This document shows positions 48,365 to 60,300 of a DNA stretch of 64,000 nt, one piece after another (position 1 is the first letter of the stretch; each line of letters starts with the position of its first letter). The translations under genes were made by a program, and so were the position numbers. Source of the DNA: Amoebophrya sp. A120 (lineage: Eukaryota; Protista; Dinoflagellata). The notes under the pieces are model-generated. The model did not search any database, was not told the origin of the DNA, and saw only the letters and a program-made list of their open reading frames with translations. The stretch spans positions 3,027,471 through 3,091,470 of the forward strand of contig CAJINV010000009.1 in assembly GCA_905178155.1 (NCBI GenBank), given 5' to 3'.

Positions 48365-51300
48365 TCACGGCAGCGCGTCTCTATCAAAGTGAAAAAAGTC
48401 CCTACCCCAAATCGGAAACGGAAGATGCGCGAATTTGTGATGCTGTATTTGAGTACACAAATCGACTTGTATTGCTAGAAGGCCAAGAGACGAAGCTGCG
48501 GCCTAAATTGCAGGCAGTCTGTCATGCTGTTTCCCACTTCCAGATGCCTCCTGTCATCCTGGAGCTGCAAGGCTTTCCTACGCTAGGCAGCACTACAGTC
48601 CGCATCTTTTGCCTTCTAGCATCACAAAGCTGATTTCTGACCCCAAATCTGCATCACAGATTTCCGTTTTGATATGGGGAGGGGGCATTTTTCATTGTAA
48701 TAGTCTCGGAAGCAGGTCATGATTTTCGACCCTTCGACGCCCGTCAGGGTCGCGTATCATTTGTAAAAGCGTCCCCATACCAGAGTCAAGATGGGGATTT
48801 TGCAACACAAACCTTGAAGTTTTGGGACCCACACATGACAAATTGCTGGCTATATTGTAGTGCAGTTTAGCAAGGAAAGCCGCATAACAAATCCATCTGC
48901 TTATCCTGTTTACAGCATTACAAGTTCCAAAACACAATGGTAAATACTTACCTCTCATGGGGATGCGCATTACAAGCGCTCTTGTGCTTACAGATCTGCA
49001 TGACAACTCTGGGGCGGGATGTTGTTTTTACACAGGATATCGCGTGACACACGGTCAGTGTCAACATCGCCGACGTTTTGTCGTCCTGTAGTCGCCCGAC
49101 GCCCAGAATCCCGGTGGTGGCTTTTGGCAGCACCGGGATCATATCAAATGCAAAAATGTCTGGGTCTGGAAGGTTCTGAGACTTGTCATGTTTTGCATGA
49201 CCCAGGATGTTTGTAATGCGCGACCTAGCATCACAGCTTTCTAGAGGGCTTCCTGATGCCTACTCCGCATGACAAACGCCCTCCACGCGTAGCACAAACT
49301 TCTAGACTCCTCTTGCTGGTCATGCAATACAGATTTTTTTAGAGTCCAAAGTTAGCATCACAAGTTCTAACCTTCCAGACCCAGACATGGTTGCATTTGA
49401 TAAATCACCATCTGCGGCGCGTCCTTGCCCAGGCTGGAAACAGTGAAGCTATGCATTGCAAAAGTATCGCAAGAATCTTCGTAGTCCTCCTTGCATTACA
49501 AATTTTCTCAGCATGACGAGAAATAAAATTTGTAATGCTGGTTTGGCTAAGGAAGGGCACTTGTCATGCATGATTGCAATGATCACTACGAGCACGATAC
49601 ACTTTTGCACTGGATAGAAGCACACCTTCGACAGGTCCTGGTCTTCCGCCGGCAACTTGGCGCCGAGGGCAACCATGCGGGCTAAGTCGTCCTTGATTTC
49701 TATCCTAAGCAAAAACGTCCCCACCCCATAGTCGAGTTGGGAATCTAGCAAGACAAGTCTCCAAGTTTTGGGAGCGGCGCATGACAAGTTTCCGTCTGCA
49801 TTATAGTGCTGGTTGGCAAGGGAAGCCGCACGAGAAAGCAATTTTCTCATCGTGTTTACAGCATTACAAATTCCAAAACGCGATTGGTAATGCCTCTCAT
49901 GGAGCTGCGCATTACAAATGTTCCTGTCACTGCACATTTGCATGACAACTCTGGGGTGGGGACGTTTTTCCTCAGAATAATTTCGGTCAAAGATTTGCCG
50001 TAGGCGTCCTTGATCACCGCGGTCCTGAGCTGTCCCGCGACGTCAATGGCGCATGCAAGAAAAAACTGTTATGTGTAAGTTTGTGATGCACAAAATGCAA
50101 AACAGTCACACTTGTCATGCCAAACACACAACATGAAGCTCTCTTTTCATCATGCGTGTTTTCACGTACTAGCTGAGCATGACAAACTTTCTCTGTCAAC
50201 ATGCGGAGGAAGTTTGTCATGCTGTCACTCCAAGACTCCTTTACACCAACACTTTTCTTTCTTGCATATGGCGCAGCCGATGTTCACCGTATCGTGGTAA
50301 ATCATTTCCTCGCGGTTTTTGCTCAGCCGGTGGTTCATGCCGGAGTGTTGTGCCGCCTCCGCCATCGCCTTGATTAAAACGATCACTGGGGAAACACCTG
50401 TTGTAGAGGTTTGTACGTCATGGATTCTAGTCTATTTTCCAGTACAAATAAGTTCTTTTCCAAAAATCACAAGAACATGCATATTCATCATGCTGACAGG
50501 TTATAGTACTGGCTCGCAATCAATATACATCACATCCTAGTCGTACAGTACTAGATACTATCAAGTGAAAAAATGTCTGGGTCTGGAAACTTGTGATGCT
50601 GAGTGGCGTAGCATGAGGAGGCCACAAGTGCTGGCTCAGCATGACAAGTTTCTGAGCTTGTAGGTGTTGCCTATTCTGCATGACAAACTGCGTCTCCGCA
50701 TGACAGAAAAAAACGTCTCTTGGGCAATGTGCATGACAGATTTAAGAGTCATGCCAGACAAGCATGACAAACATGGATTCTTCCAGACCCAAACATTTTT
50801 ACATTTGATATATACCTTCGCTCTTCGCCTTCGTGATGATCTTTTTGAAGTCCACCGTCTCCGCTATCAAATGCAACTAGGTCTGAGTCTGGAAACTTGT
50901 AATGCTGAACGATCATCATGATTGAGCAGTGCGCAGCGCCTTTATGCGCAGTGAAGCATGACGAATTCTTCTTTCTCATGGGTAGCACGCATTACAAACT
51001 GCGATTTATTTGCATGACGGAAATAATGTAGTGCTTGTTTATTTGTTGCTCATGCAATACAGATTTTTGAGGAATGCGACACACACAACACAGGTTCAAA
51101 CTTTCCAGACCCTGACATTATCTTTGCAATGCATATCCACCAGGAAGAAGCAGTTCGTGTCCAAATTTCCAACGCTCTACGAATTGCAAAAATGTCTGGG
51201 TCTGGAAGATTGCAACTTGTGATGCTGTCTTTAGATTCCAAAAAAGTCTGTGCTGCATGACCAGCAAAAGGAGTCCAGTTTGTGCTGCGCGGAGAGGGCA

Positions 51301-54300
51301 TTTCTCATGCGGAATACGCACCAGAAAGCCCTCCCAAAATCTGTGATGCTAGGCCATGCATTACAGGCATCACGTGTCATGCAAAATGTGCATGACAAAC
51401 CTGGCACTCTTCCAGACCCAGACACTTTTGCATTTGATACGCTCATGTTTTTCACCATAGCCTGTTGGAAGCGCGACAGTTTTCGCCTTCCCCCGTCCCC
51501 AACGGACGACTTCCTGGCGAATTTGCCACTGGCACTCTGCGCCGGCGTCGGGGCACCGGCTGCCGGGGCGGGTGTGGAAGCCGCCGGCGCGGGGGTAGAC
51601 GCGGCCGCCGCGGGAGCTGCTGCGGGAGCACTGCCCATCGCTTGCACGCTGCAGATGTTGGTCTCGTCGCCCGTAACATTGATTTCCTTGTTCTCTTCCA
51701 CAAAGTATGAACCGCAAAAGTATTTTACTAGTAGTAATTGCAATACTTACAAATGAGCTCAGCATGACAAATGGAATTTGTCATGCTGTTTGGAATTGGG
51801 ATAGAGATTTGTAACGCATGGCTGCGATTACTACGAGTACGATACTTTTGCACAGGATACAAAGTACTCCTTCACAACTCCATCCACAGGCGAAGTGATC
51901 TCAATGGTTGCCTTGTCGGATTCGACCTCGCAAATCAGCTCGTCGGCCTTCACCGAGTCGCCAATCTGCTATCGTATGGAAAAACGTCCCCACACCATAG
52001 TCGAGATGGGGAATCGGCTAGACAAATCCACAAGTTTTGGCTGTTTTATTGCCACTGTACTCGTACTGTAGTGCTGTTTGAGGTAATTCAGCAGCATCAC
52101 AGATCTAGTATATCATGCTGATTGGAGCATGGAAAATTCCAAAACACGACTAGAAGAAAATGCTTCTCATGGGGCTCCGCATGAGAAGCATTTTGACCAT
52201 GCAGATTTGCAGGGGTGGGGACGGTTTTAAATACGATATCTGCTTCACAAATTTCACGTAAACACCCTCCCCGTCCATCGGTGCCTGCACCATTTCCAAT
52301 TTTCCGGTTGCCGCGGCGGCAGAAGGCGCGGCCGCCGGCGTAGCGGCTGGCGCGGCAGCGGCGGGAGCCTAGAGAGTAAGACGTTTGGATTCGTAAAAGG
52401 ACAATCCAGACATTGCCGAATGGCATAAAGTTCAAGTATGCAATACGTAAAAGAAGTGCTTTGAATAAAATCTGTGCCACAAAATATTGGAATTGTCCTG
52501 TGTTAAAAAAAATCATAAGTACCGCGCCCGCCGGCTTAACCGAGCAGATCTTGGTCTCGTCCCCCGTGACATCAAATGCAAAAATATCTGGGTCTGGAAA
52601 CTTGTGATGCAAGTCAGCCAATAATTAGCCTACTGCAATGCGCCGCCAAGCATGGCAAGTTTTTTCGTGCTTCTGTGCTTCGTATTCCGCATGAGAAACT
52701 GCGTTTTTGCATGACAGGCAAGAGGTGCTCTTTGCGGCCACGCAATACAGAGCTCAGAGTCATGCCAGACTAGCATGACAAAGCCCGAAATCATCCAACC
52801 CCAGACATTTTTGCAGTTGTTACGTGACATCCATTTCCTTCTGCTCTGCCACGAAAATTTCTTCGATCACCCCATTAATCGGACTTGTGATCTTATCACA
52901 AGAAAAAAGCGTTACAGTTACACATTTGTTGTAACTTCAGCAACACAAATTTTCTCTGCATCAGAGGAAAAAACTTGCAATGCACAGGCCATAGTGGAAA
53001 ACACGTATGAAATGAAGCTCGGAAGCATTTCTGGCATGACAGAGCTTGTCTGTAGTGCTGAGCTCGCAACACAATGTGTATTAAGTGTGACACTTTTTTT
53101 TCATGATAGATCTCGATGGTAGCTTTATCCGACTCCACCTCGGCGATGATCTCGTCGGCCTTCACGCTGTCGTATCCTGTGTAAAAACGTCCCCACCCTA
53201 GAGTTGCAATGCAAATCTGCATGCCAAAAGAGTCTCTCATGCGGAGCCCCACGAGAACGCTTTCTAGTCGTGCTTTGGCGTTTGTGGTGCTAGAATCAGC
53301 ATGATATGCTGGATCTGTGTTGCTGCTGAACTAGCTAAACAGGAAAACACCACGAGGGCAAACTCGTCATGCGAAACAGCCAAAGCTGGCCGATTTGTCT
53401 AGCAGATTTCCCATCTTGACTCTGTTGTGGGAACATTCTTATTCAGGATACGTCACCCACCTTCTTCTGAAAGGAGATGTAGACGCCTTCGCCATCCATC
53501 GGTGCAAACACCGTCTCCGTCGCCCCACCGCTGGCGCCTGACGCCGGGGCGGCCGAGCCCGCGGCCGGCGCCGCGGCGCGGGACTTGACGCGCTTGATCA
53601 TGGAGAGATCCGGGACGCCCTCGATAACTTTATCAACTGCAAAAATGTCTCCTGGGTCTGGAAACTTGTGATGCGAAAATATGAATGATGGAAACAATTC
53701 CGGATGCAGCCCAGCATGACAACTTTCCAGAGCGCTTTCGGATAGGAACTCCGCATGAGAAACTGCGTTTTCGCATGAAAAAAGAAGCTGCGGCTTTTGT
53801 TGGTATATGCAATACAGATTTCTTAGCAATGGAACGCTAGCATTGCAAGTTCCACTCTTCCAGACCCAGACATATTTGCAATCCATAAACTTGCCGGTAA
53901 AACAGCGTGTTGTAGATGTCCTTCTCCTGGATCAACGGGTCGCCCAGCCCGTAGGGTACATAGGCGTTTTGGATGGTGCACTCACTGAAAAACAGGTCGT
54001 CCGGGTACTTGATTCTGCGCCGGTATGGACTGTAAATGTGTCTGGGTCTGGAAGAATGCAAGTTTATCATGCTTGTCTCACATGCCCCTCGAATCTGTAA
54101 TGCAGGAGCAGGAAAAAAAGCCTATTGCCTGCCATGGAAAAATGCAGTTTGCCATGCGGAAAGCGAAACATATACATAGGAGCTCAAAAACTTGTCATGC
54201 GTAGCTACGTATTGCAGTCGTGTGCCCACCATTCACAAACTGGCATCACAAGTTTCCAGACCCAGACATATATTTGCATTTGATAGCCGGATGCTGGACA

Positions 54301-57300
54301 CCACCGGGGACATAAGCGCGGAGTTCGGGTTCGGGTCCACCACAATCACCTCCGTTGCCACGTATGCATTGCAAATATGTCTGGGTCTGGAAGGTTGGAA
54401 CTTGTAACGCAGGTTCTCCATGACCCATGAGGTCTGGAATGCGGGACCTAGCATGACAGAGTCTGTGAGGTCTCTGACACTGACTCTGTCATGCCTCTCC
54501 TGCATGAGAAACTCCCTCCACCCAACTTGGTCGAAAGTGGGCAGCCTTTGGCACTCATGCAACACAGATTTCTGCATGATTCGGACTTAGCATGACAAGT
54601 TGCAATCCTCCAGACCCAGACATTTTTGCATTTGATACCACGCCCTTGGTCGCAAGGTCATCCAGGTAATTGACCTAGTTTATTTGGAGTTTTCGGTAAG
54701 CTGCATACGCTTTTTTTGCTATTGCTATCGCCAGCAACGGGATTATTTGTCTTGCTCTGTTTACATGAGAGGTTCTTGCGCTTCTATTCTACAAATGTGC
54801 ATCACAAGTTTTTCGCTCAAAATCCATCTTATCTATCAGTACTCCAAACCATTACCAGAGCATTCGGTGCCCGATTGTAGTTCAACACGATGAGCTCGCA
54901 GTTCAGGTTCTCTTGCGATTATGCAACACAAATCCACTGTCTGGATCTGACTTTCTGATGCTGGAACTGAATTCAAAAATAAAAGCACCTGTAGTAATCA
55001 ATGTGCGAATTATAATGGACCTGTGGATAATTTCAATTTGTCATGCCAAGCCTCCCAGACAGTAAATACATGATTCGCATTCTTTCTTGCATAGCATCAA
55101 GACCTTCGCGATCATTTTGCAGTCGGGACCCCAGCCGATCATGATCAGCTTCTTTCCGTTCATCGGCTCCAGCGTACCGGGCACCTGCACCTTAAAGTAG
55201 TCGTTCACTTGCATCCCCGTGGCCTGCTTGTGCTCCGGCAGCGGGAGTATCGGGTGCAGCATGCCGAAGCTCATGGTGGGCGCGTATCCTGAGCAAAAAC
55301 GTCCCCGCCCCAGAGTTGTCATGCTAAACAAAATGCGACGCGCTTTTCTCATGCGAAGCCCCATGAGAAGCATTTTCTAGTCGCGTTGTGGAATTTGTGA
55401 TGCTAGAATCAGCATGATAGTCTAGATCTGTGACGCTGCTGAACTACCTAAACAGGATCACACTACGAGGAGAAACCTGTCATGCGAAACAACCACAGCT
55501 GGTTGATTTGTCTAGCAGATTTCCCATCTTGACTCTGGTGTGGGGACGTTTTTACTCAGGATAGCGCGACCCCCAAAACCATGCGCCCCATGTCGTGGAG
55601 CCGGACCATCTCCTGCATGCAGTTCGACAACACGTTCATGTCGATCGGCAGACACATCACAGTGTTGGCGTCGCCGGCAAAACTGCTGTACTCCGGCGTG
55701 TTGTGGTGCTCCCCGACGCGGGCCAGGAACATATCCCGCTCCGTCTCCTCGTTTGTTTCGGCGTCGATAACTTTCTCCTTCTCACGGAAAGCCAAGGAAC
55801 CGCCGTCGAAGATGTAGATGTGGTTCGCGTGCTCTATGCATTGCAAATACGTTTCGGTCTGGACGAGCACACTGGTTTGTCATGCATTTTCTGAAATAGA
55901 TACATGCTCTGGAATGCACGCGAAGCATTACAGGTTTATTTGCGAACGCCTTTTCATGCCTATCCTGCATGAGAAACTCGCCATTTGTGTGGCAAAAAGT
56001 GGGCAGCGTTTCTTGGCACTCATGCAATACAGGTTTTTCTCTGCTCGAGATTTAGCATCACAAGCTGCAGCACTCTTCCAGACCCAGACTTGATATTTGC
56101 ATGGGATATGCTCGCCAGCATCGCAATACCGGTAGGCGGCGTACTTGATGTGATCGCGTGCGTGCTCGTTAAAGATGGTGTGGGGACCTGTGGTGAAAAG
56201 CAATAAAAGGTTTTTCTCCTTTACAGAAACCTCCGCGCGGCGATCCTTCGAATGACAAAAATGGTGCCCGAACTGCGATCTAGAAGTAGAACTAGAAGCA
56301 CGTCGAGCTATGTATAATGCAAGTTCAACATTATTAATTTCACACGTTGACCGTAGAACAACACTATCACTATGCTTTCTTCTAATCATACCTTTCACAA
56401 ACACCCGGTTCCCGGATGGCAGCACCGATCTGTACGCTGCCCCAACCTGCACGACCTGCGCTTCCTGCGGCATGAAACCAACAAATTTGTCCGCGTGCTC
56501 GGGGCCGATAGCCTTATGGAAGCGTCGGGATCGAAATCAACGAAATCGAAATAATTTGTGATGCATAAAATCGATACCAGTTGACGCCTCAGCTTCCAAA
56601 TGGCGCATGACAAATTTCGGGAGCACCGAAATCCAGTCTGTCATGCCGTTTGGGCAAAGAAGACTACGCCTGTCGTGCTGCTCTGGCAGCGCATCGCGTT
56701 CCCCGTAACAGGCTTGCGCATCGGTCTCATTTGCCTGCTCCCCAGCACAGGCGCAGGCCTTGCGTGCCCTCCAGCTCCATTTTATGCATTACAGATTTTT
56801 CGATTTTGTCGATTTCGATCCTGACACTCCCATAAGCCTGGAGCTCGCCATACACGCCGCCGCGGGTGTCGTGCTGCCCTTTGTGGTGGTTTTCTTGGTG
56901 CACGTAGTATCAAGAAGAAAAATCCCCCCTCCCCATATCAAAACGAAACTTCTCATGCTGGATTTGCGTACACACATCAGCCCTGTCGTGCAGTAGAGGA
57001 CTGCAGGCCCACATCAAGCCTGAGTGGGAGAGGTCTTGGCCTAGGCGCTCAGCATGACAAAAGTCCATGCTGTACTAGGCCCGACAGCATCACATCCCGC
57101 CGGTGTAGTCCGGGGGCCTTCTGGGTTCGCCTTCTTGCAAGACAGACGCGATGTGTGGCCACAAATCAGCATCACAAATTTCCGAAAATGTACCTTTTTG
57201 GTATGGGAAGGGGGGGATTTTTCCTTTTGATACGTAGCGGACCATCTTGCCCTCTTTGTCCGCAATGTCCATCTGATTCTGAATCGCCTTGCTGTAGATC

Positions 57301-60300
57301 TCGGACCCCATACCTTTGGTAATCGTATATAATTTTGTCGCATTTTCATCACGACCCGATAAATTATTACGTTACACAAATTTCATCAAAGCTCGACTCG
57401 TCACGAAGACGCCGATCAGGGTCGAAGATATTAGTCCTTTTGCTTTTTCCCTGCTTCGAAGCATCCATAATATTAAGTAAGTACCTGCGAACTTTTTCTG
57501 TCCCTTGCCGAGCAGATAGTTGATGTCCAAATCCACCGCCTCGCCCCCCTCTTCCTTCAACACGGTGGTGGACCCCGGCTGCGAAAGTTCGCGCACCTGC
57601 TCGCGGCGTATGCATTGCAAACATGTCTGGGCGGTCTAGGAAGTTGGCATGCTAATCCCCCCCATGAGAAACGAACCTCAGTACCTAGCCAAGCATGACA
57701 ACTTGTTTGGAGGCTTGCGAAGTGCGTATGGAGCATGAGAAGTTGTGGCCTTGCAAGACAAACCTTCTGGTTCTGGCTCTCATCTTCTTCATGCATCACA
57801 GATTTTTGCTTCTTCATTTAAACTGCGCATATACAGGTTCACCCTCTACTTCCGGACCCAGACATATTTGCATTGCATACGGCTCATCACCTTGCAGCCT
57901 CGGATGGCGTGCTCGACGTGGCCCACGATGGAATCTTCCGCCTGCTGAATCTCTATCAAAATGAAAAATCCCCACTCCCCATATCAAAATGGAAATTTCT
58001 GATGCTGATTTGCGTACACACTTGTCTTGCAGTACGGCACTCCGGCCAGATCCGCAGCCTAGGTGGGAGCGCTCAGGTCTAGCTGTTCAGCATTGCAAAC
58101 GGCTACCCTCTAGGACCAACAGCATGCCAAATCGCTTCACAATTGGGCGGATGCCTCTGCACTTGTCTTCTTGCAAGACAAACCTGCTTTGTGGTCACAA
58201 ATCAGCAATACAAATTTTCGGAAACATATCTTTTCAATATGAGGAGGGGGGATGCTTCCTCTCAATAATCTTCGCCACCAGTTCCGACCCAGACATACCC
58301 TTCGGGGCGGCGCACGCCAGCTGGTAGATCATGACGTTCTTGTACTTTTCAAACTGGTCCAACAGCATCTCCTCCGGCGCGGGGTTCTGGTCGCTTGCGT
58401 GGCCCCCCGGACGGAACGGCCACCGGGAAATCACGTAGGTTGGCCTCCCGGTCTCCAGCACCTGGTCGCAGGCTTTTTTCATGGCGTCAATGCCGCTGTT
58501 CATGTCGTGCGCCCAGGTCTCGAATCCCTTGTCGATCAGATTACTCCACAATTCAAACCGCTTGTATCCCAACAAAAAAGTGCTACAGTTAGTACACATT
58601 TGTTCTTCTTCTTGCAACTTCAGCAACACAAACTTGCTCTGCATTACAGAGAAAACTTGCAATGCAGAGATCCTGAGGGACAACACGTATGAAACGAGGC
58701 TCACAAGCCTTTCCGGCATGATGTCGTGCGCGTTCCGCAACACTGTATACACTTTTTTCTTTGCATAGCTCGTGGATGCGCTTGACTCCGTACTCTCCGA
58801 GGTCGCCGTACTTCCCTCCGTAGTCAAAACGGGCGGGGTATCAAGGTGAAAAAAGCCCCCACCCCATACTCAGAAGACAATTTGTGTTGCTGGATTCCTG
58901 TACACAAATAGGCTTTGTATTGCAGCAAGAGCTTGTAGGGATATCATAAACCCATTTGGGTACGCATCCGGCTGGCAGCTGCGCATGAGAAACAAGTCTT
59001 GCATAGGCGAAAACGCATGACAGACTGGCTGCACCATGCGCGACATTATGGGTGCCGTTTGCATTGTACGCAAGACAAAGTCGATTTGTGGTCACAAATC
59101 AGCATCACAAACTCCTTTTCGATATGGGGAGGGGAGATTTTTCCTCACAATACGGAGATGGCCGAGTTATTGGCGTTGATCAGGAAAATCATCGGCATTT
59201 TGTAGCCCTGCTCCCGTGCCTCCGCGAAGTGCTGCAAGGCGTGCATGGCGCCGTCCGTAAAGAACCCCGTGTCGCCCGTGTTCAGAATCGTCACTGGGGC
59301 CTCCATGTTCTCCTTTCCCATGCAGTACAGCTTATCAAGTGCAAACATGTTGGGTCTGGAAAAGTGCAAACTTCTCATGCATATTTTCCATACCCCATGA
59401 GGTTTGGAATGCAGGATCTAGCATGACAGGTTCTGCGACGTCTCTTCTATCATGCCTATCCTGCATGACAAACTGCCTCTAAACTTGTTCAAAAGTGGAC
59501 AGCTTTTGGTAGTCATGCAACACAAATTTTTGTACGATCCAGCCTTAGCATGACAAGTTCGCGTCCTCCCAGACCCAGACATATTTCCCATGCAGTACAG
59601 CTTGGCGGCCTGCAACTCCGTGTCCCGGCCCAAATCCGTGGACCCCGCTCCGATGTGGCTGTCGCACGGGTAGAAGGTGCGGACCATCGGGTTGAAAATT
59701 AGCGGGTCCTTGTTGTCCTGCCCGGACCAGTACTGGAGGTAAAACTGCTTCGCCACCAGTTCGTAGACCTTCTCCGGGCTGTACCCCATCCGGAAGAGCT
59801 CCTCGGAGATGATAGGGGTTATGGAAGTGCCAGACTCGAAATTGACAAAGTCGAAAAATTCTTTGTCGTGCATAAAATCGATACCAGTTGGAGCCTCAGT
59901 TTGTAACAGTGGCGCATGACAAATTTCGGAGCACCCAAATCCAGTCTGTCATGCTGTTTGGGCAAAGAAGACTGCGCCTGTTATGCTACTCTGGCAGCAC
60001 ATTGCATACCCCTAAACAGGCTCACAATCGGTCTCATTTGCCTGCTCCGCAATACAGGCCTCCAGTGCCCTACATTTTACGCACCACAAATTTTTCGACT
60101 TTGTCGATTTCGATCCTGACACATTCATAGGGGTGCGGTAGTAGGTAATAATTTTCATGACCTCGTCGATTTTCTGCGCCGAGGGTTTCTTGGCCATCAA
60201 GTGGTTGCCCACACCGGCCCACATATGCGAATACACCGCAGAACCGAACAAAGGAATATGAATTGCAAAAATGTGTGGGTCTGGAACGTTGGAACTTGTG

